A stretch of DNA of 64,000 bases from Candidatus Omnitrophota bacterium (GTDB taxonomy: Bacteria; Omnitrophota; Omnitrophia; Omnitrophales; JACQQS01), in NCBI GenBank assembly GCA_016206925.1, contig JACQQS010000062.1:9254-73253 (forward strand). The letters are read 5' to 3'. The notes beneath the pieces were generated by a model. The model did not search any database and was not told where the DNA came from. It saw nothing but the letters and a program-made list of their open reading frames with translations. This document shows, in pieces, positions 26,329-36,057 of the stretch. Positions within the stretch are counted from its first letter, which is position 1. Each line of letters starts with the position of its first letter. The position numbers and the translations under genes were made by a program.

Positions 26329-26857
26329 AACCTGATTTCAATGTAAACCACACCGCGAGCGTGAGTGCGCCATAGGCCAGGAATGTGAGCACATCGAGAA
26401 TGGCTCCTTTAAGCAGCGTAAGCCTGAGCGAGAGGCAGAAAAAGAACAAAATGGCCAAATTTTGAATAGCCGTTTTAATTTTGCCGCTTTTAACGGCGGC
26501 CACTACGCGTTTTTTGGGGATAAGCAATAAACGGGCGACGGTCACGCTTAACTCGCGAAATGCAATGGGAACAAGCCACGCAATGTGGAGAGTTCCGTCA
26601 ATCACAAAAGCAGTTAACGCACTCAATGTGAGTACCTTATCAGCGATCGGATCGAGAATCTTCCCCAGAGAGGTTACTTGTTTGCGCCTTCTCGCCAGAA
26701 TGCCGTCTAGCAGATCGGTCAAGGCAGCTACCATATAAACAAAGCAGGCAATCCACTTATTCAAGTTTCCTCCGAGCGTGAATATATAAGGGATGAAGGG
26801 AGATGCAATCAAGCGGAACCAGGTTAATTGATTTGGCGTTATATCCATTAGGTTCAT
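26279..26857 (-). CDS. pgsA: CDP-diacylglycerol--glycerol-3-phosphate 3-phosphatidyltransferase
   Basis: CDP-alcohol phosphatidyltransferase motif DLLDGILARRRKQVTSLGKILDPIADK. ATG at 26857 overlaps the rimO stop (ATGA). Confidence 0.8.
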   Translation of the reverse strand: MNLMDITPNQLTWFRLIASPFIPYIFTLGGNLNKWIACFVYMVAALTDLLDGILARRRKQVTSLGKILDPIADKVLTLSALTAFVIDGTLHIAWLVPIAFRELSVTVARLLLIPKKRVVAAVKSGKIKTAIQNLAILFFFCLSLRLTLLKGAILDVLTFLAYGALTLAVWFTLKSGYDFFSANGADLLGRKN

Positions 26858-28242
26858 GACTCGATGGTCTTGCCAAAAAGATCGTATGGTAACGCGTCGT
26901 TTATTCGTACCGTTACGAACGAACCCGGTGTGAGGCATTTGTTCCTCGACTCTACATAAACGTTGCCGTCAATTTCCGGCGCCTGGCGATAAGATCGGCC
27001 GATGTACCAATGCGGTTTTTCGGCCCTTCCTTCGATTAATACTTCTGCATCGGATCCCACAAGTTGACGATTTCGTTCCAGCGAAATGGATTGCTGAATT
27101 TTCATTAAGCGCCTGTATCGCGTTTTCTTTACGGTAGAAGCAATTTGATCCGGCAAGTGACCCGAAGGAACGTCGGTTTCTCTGCTGTACGTGAACACGC
27201 CGACATGATCAAATCGGGTTTCTTTTACAAAGGAACATAGTTCTTCAAATTCTTCATGTGTTTCTCCGGGATAGCCCACGATGAATGATGTGCGCAGCAC
27301 CGCTCCCGGGATTGTGTTTCTAATCTGGTCAAGCAGCTGCTTGGTTTTGTGCTTGGTAACGCCGCGGTTCATGCTTTTTAAAATCCGATCGTGGATATGC
27401 TGAAGAGGCAGATCGATGTACGGCACAACTTTCTTGTTCTTTGCGATGGACTCTATGATCGGCGGCGCCATGTGCTGCGGGTGGTTATAGAAAAGCCGGA
27501 TCCAGCGAAGTTCGTTGATTTGATTCAATTGTTCCAAAAGTTTGGGCAGATGATATTGCCGGTCCATGTCGCGGCCGTAGTAAGTTGTTTCCTGGCTTAT
27601 GAGGCAGGCTTCCTTTAATCCCTGTTTGACCAGCTGTCGGACTTCGGCCACTATGGAAGACACGGGCCTGGAGCGGTAAGCGCCGCGCATTTGAGGGATA
27701 ATGCAGAAAGAACAGGTGTGATTACAACCTTCCGCGATTTTGATGTACCGTGAATGAGGAGCTGTTAAACCAATGCGGGGAGTTGTTTCGTCATACAGGA
27801 ATTCGGGGTACGCGACGGCTTCCTGTAACCGCCGGTTTTGCAGTTGGCGGACGATCAAATGGATTTTTTGAAATTCTCCTGTTCCTACGGCCGCATCTAT
27901 CTCCGGAATTTCTTTGAGGAGGTCTTTCGAAAATTTTTGAGCAAGACAGCCGGCTACAACCAGATGACGTATGCGGCCTTTATTTTTGAGCTCGGCCAGA
28001 TGCAAGATTTCGTCAACGGACTCTTTTCTTGACGAATCAATAAACCCGCAGGTGTTAACAATAGCCACATCGCAGGGTTGCTCATCGGTGACCAGACGGT
28101 ACCCATCGCTGTTCAATAGACCCAGCATGACTTCACTGTCTACAAGGTTTTTTGCGCAGCCGAGTGAGGTAAACGCAATTGTAGTGACCGGCGCGTCTAA
28201 GGAATCAGATTTAAAATGTTTTGTTTGTGAGTAAGCTGACAT
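26854..28242 (-). CDS. rimO: radical-SAM methylthiotransferase, RimO-like (ribosomal protein S12 methylthiotransferase; MiaB family)
   Basis: N-terminal MTTase domain (SLGCAKNLVDSEVMLG). Radical SAM CNHTCSFCIIP. C-terminal TRAM-like region. RimO versus MiaB is assigned on length and motif flavour only. Confidence 0.7.
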   Translation of the reverse strand: MSAYSQTKHFKSDSLDAPVTTIAFTSLGCAKNLVDSEVMLGLLNSDGYRLVTDEQPCDVAIVNTCGFIDSSRKESVDEILHLAELKNKGRIRHLVVAGCLAQKFSKDLLKEIPEIDAAVGTGEFQKIHLIVRQLQNRRLQEAVAYPEFLYDETTPRIGLTAPHSRYIKIAEGCNHTCSFCIIPQMRGAYRSRPVSSIVAEVRQLVKQGLKEACLISQETTYYGRDMDRQYHLPKLLEQLNQINELRWIRLFYNHPQHMAPPIIESIAKNKKVVPYIDLPLQHIHDRILKSMNRGVTKHKTKQLLDQIRNTIPGAVLRTSFIVGYPGETHEEFEELCSFVKETRFDHVGVFTYSRETDVPSGHLPDQIASTVKKTRYRRLMKIQQSISLERNRQLVGSDAEVLIEGRAEKPHWYIGRSYRQAPEIDGNVYVESRNKCLTPGSFVTVRINDALPYDLFGKTIES

Positions 28243-28350
28243 GGTCGAAAAATAATCTATAAAATTTTTCCGCGCTTTGCTCTAGACGCGAAAGATACGT
28301 TCTGGAAGTGCTTATTATAAACTCGCCGAGGTTCGCGAGCGGAGCACTTT

Positions 28351-28557
28351 TTAGCCATTCCGAGTGTCTGCCTTAACCCATTTGTTAATCATCTCTTGCG
28401 TCATCTCCATGTGGAATTGGAGTCCGTAAATCAGTGATCCGTAGGAAAACGCTTGAGCTTCATACAAGCTTGAAGAGGCTAAGCGCGTCGCATTCTTTGG
28501 AAGGTCGAACGTGTCACCGTGCCAATGAAATACGGTTCTGGAAAGCGGATCACCCAA
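28351..28557 (-). pseudogene. remnant of a class I glutamine amidotransferase gene (C-terminal ~68 codons only)
   Basis: VFHWHGDTFDLPKNATRLASS...GLQFHMEMT matches the C-terminal His/Glu region of GATase1 proteins. An in-frame stop lies 3 codons upstream and ftsK ends at 28591, so no room remains for the N-terminal domain. Confidence 0.5.
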
Positions 28558-28590
28558 GACGGATAGTTATGAATGAGGACAAGGATGGCT

Positions 28591-30954
28591 TCATTGTACT
28601 GGTGCATCGGCCTTGTGGAGGATTTCTCGGGGTTTGCTTCCCTGGGCGGCGCTGACAATTCCTTCAGCTTCCATCACATCCAGCAGGCGAGCCGCACGGC
28701 CGTAACCCAATCGCAGGCGGCGCTGTAAATGAGAAACAGAAGCGACGCCGGTATCCAAGACCATTTTAACAGCGATATCATACATTTCGTCTTTTTCGCC
28801 GTTCATATGCACGGCATTTACCGAAGACTGGGCTTCTTGGATGGCCGGAATAAATTGCGGCTTCTCTTTCTTTTTGTAAAACTCCACTATCTTTAAAATT
28901 TCGTTGTCGCTTACCCACGGCGCTTGTCCGCGGACGGGCTCCGGCTCTCCAGGTTGAAGATAAAGCATGTCACCGCGGCCCAAAAGCTGGTCGGCGCCAT
29001 TGGCGTCGAGAACCGTTCGGGAATCTACTTTTGACGCCACTTTAAACGACAATCGAGCCGGAAAATTTGCTTTGATAACCCCCGTGATCACATCGACAGA
29101 GGGTCTTTGTGTAGCCAATACCAAATGGATTCCCACGGCTCTTGAAAGCTGGGCGAGACGGCCGATTGCGGTTTCTACCTTGTCTTGTGCCACGAGCATC
29201 AAATCCGCAAGCTCGTCTATAATCACTACGATATAGGGCATCTTTCGCATGGGCGGTTTTTCTTCCGGCGGATCATGCGCGCCCATGTGTTTTTCCTCGC
29301 GGCTATTGAAAGCGTGAATGTTGCGTACGCTGCATTCGGCCAAAATCTTGTACCGCGTATCCATCTCGTTGACCACCCAATTCAACGTCGCCGCGGCTTT
29401 CTTCGGATCTGTGACAACCGGGGTTAAAAGATGCGGCAAGCTGTTATAAATGGACAATTCAACCATCTTGGGGTCAATCATGATGAACTTCAGATCATCC
29501 GGAGAAAGAAAATACAGAAATCCCGCGATGAGCGCATTCAGGCAGACCGTTTTCCCGCTTCCGGTGGTCCCGGCGATCAAAAGGTGAGGCAAATCACTCA
29601 GGTCAGAGATGATCGGTGATCCGCTTGTGTCTTTTCCAAACAGTAAGGGCAGCTTTGGCTTTTTCGATTTCACCTGAGGGGCGGTAATGAGGTCGCGTAA
29701 GCACACCGTATGCGATTCGGGATTTGGAATCTCGATACCCACAGCCGCTTTTCCCGGAATAGGGGCCTGAATTCGAATGCTCTTTGCGCGAAGCGCAAGG
29801 GCCAGGTCATCCTGCCGGGTGAGTATGCTTTGAACTTTCACGCCGGGCGAAGGCAAGACTTCGTATCGTGTGATCACCGGGCCTTGCTCGATTTCAGTCA
29901 CACGGACTTCGATTCCGAAATCACGCAGGGTACTTTCAAGCAGCCTGGAATTTTCCTGCAGAACCTGAGCGCTTGTAGCCACTTTTCGAGGAATTTCAAG
30001 GATATCAATGGGCGGAAATTCGTATGCGCCCTCGGCACTTCCGGTGCGGCCCGGGGTTAAGAGCGGCTCCGTTTTTTCTTCTACGGGCTTTTCAAAATCG
30101 CGCACTTTTGGCTCGATGCGCAGTTTTATTGGTTCTGCGAATATGCTTTCCAATTTCCCTTTCTTTTCCGGTTTAAGCCCGGAGGACGGCCTTTTGACTT
30201 GAACTCCGCTTTCCGCGGCGTGAAGGGCCGGCTGATATTCCTTCACTTTGGGTGGAATATAGGTATGTTCTTCAATTCTTGCGCCCTGGATCATGCCTGG
30301 TTTAGGTTCACGCCTGGGTTTCGATGCGATACCGTGCACCGCTTGTCTGGAATTTGCCGATATCCGGCTGAGTAATTTTGAAATCGCGGTGATCAGCGAA
30401 GCAAGTTTAAGGAACAATACATTGAAAAATTTGCGAATCCACGGGCTTAAGATAAAATCCGTTGATATGGTAAGCGCGATTAAGATACAGAAAATAGCAA
30501 TCAGATATCCGCCCGTAATACCGCAATAGTGTTCGAGTTTGTCGGCAAAATAAAAACCGATCGCTCCGCCCGCTTGAAACCGGCCGTCATCCGGCCACGT
30601 CAGGCCGAATACCGTTGCGCTTGCACAAAGCAACAGCAGAAGCCCTGCACCTTTAACAAACCTTTCTCTGGGGATCTGCAAAGAGAAAAAACAGCCTGCC
30701 CACAAGAGTAAAAGCACCGGCAAGAGATATGAGCTTATTCCAAACCAGAAGCGCATAAAGAAAGCGATGTGCGCGCCCAGAAGTCCGCCCTTGTTCTCGA
30801 TCGGACTATTGGGCTGCGAAACAAAAAAAGAGTAATCATCCGGCTGAAATGTGAGGATGCTGACAAGTGAGTAGGCGCTGAGCAACAGGAGTAGAAAGCC
30901 TGCGACGTGCGGCCAGCGTAGATTATGGGATTTAGAACGGGTTTTCACGTTCAA
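28591..30954 (-). CDS. ftsK: DNA translocase FtsK/SpoIIIE
   Basis: N-terminal 4-5 TM helices, linker, motor domain with Walker A GTTGSGKTVCLNALIAG, and C-terminal gamma winged-helix domain. 787 aa. Confidence 0.9.
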   Translation of the reverse strand: MNVKTRSKSHNLRWPHVAGFLLLLLSAYSLVSILTFQPDDYSFFVSQPNSPIENKGGLLGAHIAFFMRFWFGISSYLLPVLLLLWAGCFFSLQIPRERFVKGAGLLLLLCASATVFGLTWPDDGRFQAGGAIGFYFADKLEHYCGITGGYLIAIFCILIALTISTDFILSPWIRKFFNVLFLKLASLITAISKLLSRISANSRQAVHGIASKPRREPKPGMIQGARIEEHTYIPPKVKEYQPALHAAESGVQVKRPSSGLKPEKKGKLESIFAEPIKLRIEPKVRDFEKPVEEKTEPLLTPGRTGSAEGAYEFPPIDILEIPRKVATSAQVLQENSRLLESTLRDFGIEVRVTEIEQGPVITRYEVLPSPGVKVQSILTRQDDLALALRAKSIRIQAPIPGKAAVGIEIPNPESHTVCLRDLITAPQVKSKKPKLPLLFGKDTSGSPIISDLSDLPHLLIAGTTGSGKTVCLNALIAGFLYFLSPDDLKFIMIDPKMVELSIYNSLPHLLTPVVTDPKKAAATLNWVVNEMDTRYKILAECSVRNIHAFNSREEKHMGAHDPPEEKPPMRKMPYIVVIIDELADLMLVAQDKVETAIGRLAQLSRAVGIHLVLATQRPSVDVITGVIKANFPARLSFKVASKVDSRTVLDANGADQLLGRGDMLYLQPGEPEPVRGQAPWVSDNEILKIVEFYKKKEKPQFIPAIQEAQSSVNAVHMNGEKDEMYDIAVKMVLDTGVASVSHLQRRLRLGYGRAARLLDVMEAEGIVSAAQGSKPREILHKADAPVQ

Positions 30955-31043
30955 TAATTAACGGCATTCTTCCTATAAGGCTTAAGTTAAGCAGAGGAAA
31001 ATGAGTAAATGTAGGCGAAATAACGGCGATTGAAAATCTCTTT

Positions 31044-33296
31044 TTACTCGTCGAATGCTCTGCTGGGATGATGGGTGCCCGAAGGGTGATCGCTGCGAGA
31101 TGATCGGTGATGCCCGCTGTCCCGGCCGGAACGTGAATGCCGGCCGCCGGGACGTTGATGACGAGCAGGTCCACGGCTATGGTGCTCGGATGGTTTGGCG
31201 TCAGGATTGATCGTGAGCTGTGCTCCGGCCTGTTTTGCGCTTAGGTTAACTCTGCCCTGTTCGTCAATATTGATCACTTTGACGGGAAATTCGTCGCCTA
31301 TTTTTGCCACGCTTTCTATGCTAGGCACATATCCCTCAGCAAGCTCCGAAATATGCACCAGACCTTCCACACCCGGCATGATTTCACAGAATGCACCAAA
31401 GTTAAGGAGCCGCCGGACTTTTCCCTGATAAACTTTGCCGACTTCGGCCTCTGCCGTAAGCGATTTGATCCACTCAACGGCTTTTTCGCGCGCAACTTCA
31501 TCGCTTGCGAAGATGGTAACTTTTCCGCTATCTTCGATATCGATTTTTACCCCGGTGTCCTTGGTAATCTCCTTGATCATTTTGCCCCCCGGCCCGATCA
31601 CAATCTTTATTTTTTCGGGATTGATTTGCAAAATCACGTATCGCGGGGCATATTTGGAAATGCTTTCCCGCGGGGTTCTAATGGTCTTTGCCATGAAATC
31701 CAGAATTTCAAGGCGCGCCTTTTTTGCCTGGGTAAGGGCCGTCGTGATGATTTCATAATTCAATCCGGAAATTTTTATGTCGACCTGAACGGCTGTGATG
31801 CCTTTCTCCGTTCCGGCCACTTTAAAATCCATGTCACCCAAATGATCTTCAACGCCGGCAATATCCGTTAGAACCCCAAAACTTTTTTCGTCGGAAAATA
31901 GACCCATGGCAATCCCGCCGACGGGGGATTTAATAGGTACGCCTGCATCCATGAGCGCCAGAGAACCACTTGAGACCGATGCCATGGATGAAGAGCCGTT
32001 GGATTCTAAAATATCCGACACCAGACGGATAGTATAAGGAAACAGATCGCTGTTCGGAAGCACCGCTTTCAGAGCGCGTTCCGCCAGCGCGCCATGCCCT
32101 ACTTCGCGCCGGCCGACGCCGCGGCTTGGGCGAACTTCGCCTACGCTGAACGGCGGAAAATTATAATGAAGCATGAACCGTTTGGTGGCCTCGCCTTCCA
32201 GCCCGTCTATTTTCTGCTCGTCTTCGCCGGCACCGAGCGTGGTCACGCCGAGGCTTTGCGTTTGGCCGCGGGTGAAAAGTGCCGAACCATGCGTTCGAGG
32301 CAGAACACCAACTTCACACGCAAGCGGGCGAATTTCATCGAAACGCCTTCCATCCGGTCTTTTCTTTTCCTTAAGCACCAGTTTTCTTACGGAATCATAT
32401 TCGAGCTCCTCAAAAGCCGCTTTAATCGAGAGAAGTTTAAAGTCAGGACTGCTTTGATCAAAGGCTTCCAGCACTTTGCTCCAAAGTTCGTTTCGCCGCT
32501 CTGCGCGCTCTTCTTTGCGCGCCGGTTGGTTAATTTCATCAAAAGCTTTTTCCGCTATGCCGGCCACCTTTGAACGGATTTCATCCGGTATTTCAAACGG
32601 TTTGATTTTGGGTTTTGGCTTGCCGGCCTTCTTCCTTAAATCTTCAATGGCGTCGCAGATTTTCTTGATCTGATCATGGCCAAATTTAAGCGCCTTTAAA
32701 AACTCCTCTTCACCCACTTCATTGGCGCCGGCTTCGATCATGACAACTTTTTCACGGGTAGCCGCCAAGATAAGATCTAACGAGGCCGTTTCGGTCTGCG
32801 CCAGAGTAGGGTTGCCGACCAGCTGCCCGTCAACCAGGGCTACGCGTACTGCACCGAAAACCGTATCGAACGGCACGGGTGAAATAGCCAGCGCAGCCGC
32901 CGCTGAATTCATGGCAAGAATGTCGGGATTGTTTATACCGTCCGCTGAAAGAACGGTAGCCATAACTTGTACATCGTTAAAGTAGTTCTTATCAAAAAGC
33001 GACCGAATCGGCCGATCAATAAGCCGGCAGACAAGAATTTCACGCTCCGTGGGCTTCCCTTCCCTTTTAAAAAACCCGCCGGGAATTTTTCCGGCCGCGT
33101 ACATCCGTTCACGGTAGTCAACGGTAAGTGGTAGAAAATCAGTGTCTTCTCTGGGTTCTGAAGTTGCGTCTACGGCCGTCAAAACAATCGTTTCGCCGCA
33201 CGTAGCGGTGATCGCCCCGCTGGAGAGTTTGGCAAGCTTGCCTGTTTGAAAAATAATTTTATTTTGGCCTATGACAACCGAAGTTTGGATTTCCAT
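31044..33296 (-). CDS. pnp: polynucleotide phosphorylase (PNPase) with His/Arg/Ser-rich C-terminal tail
   Basis: Two RNase PH domains, KH (VIGPGGKMIKEITKDTG) and S1 (GKVRRLLNFGAFCEI). Extra ~50-aa tail SEHHSRGPARHQRPGGRHSRSGRDSGHHRSSRSDHPSGTHHPSRAFDE. Confidence 0.9.
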   Translation of the reverse strand: MEIQTSVVIGQNKIIFQTGKLAKLSSGAITATCGETIVLTAVDATSEPREDTDFLPLTVDYRERMYAAGKIPGGFFKREGKPTEREILVCRLIDRPIRSLFDKNYFNDVQVMATVLSADGINNPDILAMNSAAAALAISPVPFDTVFGAVRVALVDGQLVGNPTLAQTETASLDLILAATREKVVMIEAGANEVGEEEFLKALKFGHDQIKKICDAIEDLRKKAGKPKPKIKPFEIPDEIRSKVAGIAEKAFDEINQPARKEERAERRNELWSKVLEAFDQSSPDFKLLSIKAAFEELEYDSVRKLVLKEKKRPDGRRFDEIRPLACEVGVLPRTHGSALFTRGQTQSLGVTTLGAGEDEQKIDGLEGEATKRFMLHYNFPPFSVGEVRPSRGVGRREVGHGALAERALKAVLPNSDLFPYTIRLVSDILESNGSSSMASVSSGSLALMDAGVPIKSPVGGIAMGLFSDEKSFGVLTDIAGVEDHLGDMDFKVAGTEKGITAVQVDIKISGLNYEIITTALTQAKKARLEILDFMAKTIRTPRESISKYAPRYVILQINPEKIKIVIGPGGKMIKEITKDTGVKIDIEDSGKVTIFASDEVAREKAVEWIKSLTAEAEVGKVYQGKVRRLLNFGAFCEIMPGVEGLVHISELAEGYVPSIESVAKIGDEFPVKVINIDEQGRVNLSAKQAGAQLTINPDAKPSEHHSRGPARHQRPGGRHSRSGRDSGHHRSSRSDHPSGTHHPSRAFDE

Positions 33297-33310
33297 AAAG
33301 AGGTAGCCCG

Positions 33311-33580
33311 TTACTTTCTGAGATTTAGTTTTGCGACAATTTGTTTATACCGGTCCGGGGCCGTGCGCTGAAGGTAATCGAGAAGCGATCTGCGCTTATT
33401 GACCATTTTAATGAGGCCATATCTTGAGTGGTGATCCTTGACGTGTTCCTTGAAATGATCCGTCAGCTGGTTGATCCGCTCGGTCAGAAGCGCAATCTGG
33501 ACCTCGGGAGAACCCGTGTCGTTATGTTTTTGTTGATGTGTCGCGACGATTGTTTGCTTCTTTTCTTTCGTTAAAGCCAT
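33311..33580 (-). CDS. rpsO: 30S ribosomal protein S15
   Basis: [12 protein letters not shown]...[21 protein letters not shown]. The likely start is the ATG at 33580 (MALTKE). Confidence 0.9.
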   Translation of the reverse strand: MALTKEKKQTIVATHQQKHNDTGSPEVQIALLTERINQLTDHFKEHVKDHHSRYGLIKMVNKRRSLLDYLQRTAPDRYKQIVAKLNLRK

Positions 33581-33656
33581 TATTTCTAACCCCATAATCC
33601 CGCTGAATTTGTTTCGAAATCTCGGATTGCGAAAGGAGAATTATAGTTTGAGGCTC

Positions 33657-34685
33657 TCATATTGTAAAGCGTTGTTTTCTCATATACTTACGCGCGGTTT
33701 GGATATCCTTTTTGATCTGTCTTACGAGGAGAACCGGCCGCCGGAATTTTCTCTCTGGCCGTAAGTACTTTAACAGGTGCAGCTTGAGATATTTTCCGTA
33801 CAGATTGCCACGAAAATTCAGCAAAAACACTTCCGGCAGAGGCCGAATTGATCTATCAAAAGCTTTGGAAAATTTTCGGGCTGGGAATGTCGGTCGAAAC
33901 CCGACGTTTAACAGTCCCGACAAGCCTCTTCTTACTATTTTTTTGTGGAAGTCAAACCCGTACGTTTTTTTCTGGTAAGAATAATCGACGATATCGGCGG
34001 AAACGACGTAAACACCGCAGGGCGGCAGAAGGTCATTTTCAGGGAACATATTGGCGGTAGGAAAACCGAGTACCTTCCCGCGGCTGCTTCCATGAATTAC
34101 TTTTCCAAGAATAGTGGGCGAGCGTCCGAGCATCTTTGCGGCACGGCGCAAATGGCCGCGGAGAATCAGCGAGCGAATTCGGGTGCTATTTACCACAGCA
34201 CCCGCACGTTTTTCTGCTTTGACCGCACGAAATCGAAAGCCGTATTTCTTCGCCAAACGTTTCATAATGTACTGGGTTCCCCCGCGATGATGACCGAATC
34301 GCGCATTGTGGCCCATAAGTACGGAATGCACGCCTATTTTTTTAACCAGGATTTCGCGTACGAATATTTCCGGGCTGTACAATGAAAATTTTTTGGTGAA
34401 GCGAAGGAGGTAGACAACCGAGACCCCTGCATGCCTCAAGAGTTCAAATCGTTCTTTCCAGGGAGTGATTAAGCGAAACGGCTCGTTTGGTTTCAGAACG
34501 GCGTGCGGATGCCGCGCAAATGTGAAAACGGCAGCGGTTCCGCCAATTCGGGCAGCTTCCTGGAAAATCCGGCCAAGCAGCTTTTGGTGTCCAAGATGCA
34601 AGCCATCAAAATTTCCGATGGCAAGGCAGATTTTCTTGTTAAAATGTGGAAGCGCGTTCTTTTTGAAATGGGTAATTACTTTCAC
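33657..34685 (-). CDS. ribF: bifunctional riboflavin kinase / FMN adenylyltransferase
   Basis: CLAIGNFDGLHLGHQKLL (nucleotidyltransferase HxGH motif) plus a riboflavin kinase C-terminal half. Basic C-terminal extension. Confidence 0.85.
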   Translation of the reverse strand: MKVITHFKKNALPHFNKKICLAIGNFDGLHLGHQKLLGRIFQEAARIGGTAAVFTFARHPHAVLKPNEPFRLITPWKERFELLRHAGVSVVYLLRFTKKFSLYSPEIFVREILVKKIGVHSVLMGHNARFGHHRGGTQYIMKRLAKKYGFRFRAVKAEKRAGAVVNSTRIRSLILRGHLRRAAKMLGRSPTILGKVIHGSSRGKVLGFPTANMFPENDLLPPCGVYVVSADIVDYSYQKKTYGFDFHKKIVRRGLSGLLNVGFRPTFPARKFSKAFDRSIRPLPEVFLLNFRGNLYGKYLKLHLLKYLRPERKFRRPVLLVRQIKKDIQTARKYMRKQRFTI

Positions 34686-35394
34686 ACAGTTCTCTGACTA
34701 AGTAAGATTTAAGCTCTTGCGGCGTGCTCAATTTCTCAAGCGACGAGACGGTAACACAATCTTCCAGACGGTATGGCCCTACCCCAACGCGTCTAAGAGT
34801 TTCTAGAAATGCGGTCGAACCCAGCGCGGTTCCGAAATCTTCGACCAGGGTCCGCACGTAAGTACCTTTGGACACCTCGACGGAGAAATGGACATGGGGC
34901 AAATTGATCTGCTCGATATCAAACCGGTATACGGTAACTTGCCGCGGCTGGCGCTCCACTACTTGTCCCGCTCGCGCCAATTTGTAAAGGCGTTTTCCCT
35001 GATGCTTTACGGCAGAAACCATGGGCGGACATTGCATAAGCAGTCCGGTAAATTTTTTTGCCGTTTCGAAAATATCTTCGGGCTTAATATGCTGCCAAGG
35101 CTGTTCTTCGATGATTTTTCCGTCACAATCCTGGGAATCCGTACGAATGCCCAAGCAAAGTGTTCCTTGATATGTTTTCCTCTGCTCGGTCAAGTATTTG
35201 GAAAAAGAGGTATATCGCCCCAATAAGATCACCATTACACCCGTTGCCTGCGGATCCAATGTTCCCGTGTGACCGACTTTTTTTACATGAAACCGTCTCT
35301 TGATGAAATTGCACACATCAAACGAGGTCCAAGTCTTTGGTTTATCGACCAAGAGAAGACCATCCAGTTCACGCGGGTTGTTCAGCAGTTTCAT
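34639..35394 (-). CDS. truB: tRNA pseudouridine(55) synthase
   Basis: LLLVDKPKTWTSFDV...GHTGTLDPQATG (catalytic Asp motif). Start chosen at MKLLNN (35394) by alignment logic to typical TruB N-termini. Confidence 0.85.
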   Translation of the reverse strand: MKLLNNPRELDGLLLVDKPKTWTSFDVCNFIKRRFHVKKVGHTGTLDPQATGVMVILLGRYTSFSKYLTEQRKTYQGTLCLGIRTDSQDCDGKIIEEQPWQHIKPEDIFETAKKFTGLLMQCPPMVSAVKHQGKRLYKLARAGQVVERQPRQVTVYRFDIEQINLPHVHFSVEVSKGTYVRTLVEDFGTALGSTAFLETLRRVGVGPYRLEDCVTVSSLEKLSTPQELKSYLVRELCESNYPFQKERASTF

Positions 35395-35404
35395 GATATG
35401 CGCG

Positions 35405-35770
35405 TCATTTCTCTTCCACGCTGTTTTCGTCGTGGATTTTCTTGATAATCTTTTCGAGCTCAAATGCATGTTCGACCGAAGGGTCGAATACGAAACTTAG
35501 CTTTGGAATTGTTCGGATCTTCAGACGATTATTTAATGCTCTTTGAAGAAATCTTTCCGAATGCGCGAACGCAGCTTTCGTACCTTGTTTATCTTTTTGG
35601 CCTCCGTAGACGCTGAAATAAACTTTGGCATGTCGCAGATTATCAGTTACCTGCACGCGCGTAATCGTAATAAAACCCAGACGCGGGTCCTTCATGCGGT
35701 TTAAAATCACGTCGCTCATAATTTCGCGAATCTGCTCTGCGACGCGGCCAATGCGCTTCTCTGACTTCAT
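35405..35770 (-). CDS. rbfA: ribosome-binding factor A
   Basis: RIGRVAEQIREIMSDVILNRMKDPRLGFITITRVQVTDNLRHAKVYFSV is typical RbfA. Confidence 0.85.
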   Translation of the reverse strand: MKSEKRIGRVAEQIREIMSDVILNRMKDPRLGFITITRVQVTDNLRHAKVYFSVYGGQKDKQGTKAAFAHSERFLQRALNNRLKIRTIPKLSFVFDPSVEHAFELEKIIKKIHDENSVEEK

Positions 35771-35772
35771 AA

Positions 35773-36057
35773 TTAAAAAAACTCTAGCGCGGATTCCGTA
35801 ATTTCATAATCCGGGGATTGTTCGAGGATATGCTTTAGCTGGTCAAGCACGCCGTTTAAATGTTTTTGCTCGTCTCCTACAGCGGCGAAAGCCAATTCGC
35901 TGACTTGCCACAAATCTTTTCCTTCGCCGATCTCGCTGATCGATACATTAAATTTCCGGCGGACACGGTCTTTCAAGCTCTTTAAAACGAAACGCTTTTC
36001 TTTCAGCGATTGCGCTTCCGGGAAGTGAATTTTGAGCCGAAGGGTGCCGACGGTCAC
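35773..36057 (-). CDS. DUF503 family protein (YlxP-like) conserved between infB and rbfA
   Basis: 94 aa, LRLKIHFPEAQSLKEKRFVLKSLKDRVRRKFNVSI. Synteny with infB/rbfA. Confidence 0.7.
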   Translation of the reverse strand: MTVGTLRLKIHFPEAQSLKEKRFVLKSLKDRVRRKFNVSISEIGEGKDLWQVSELAFAAVGDEQKHLNGVLDQLKHILEQSPDYEITESALEFF

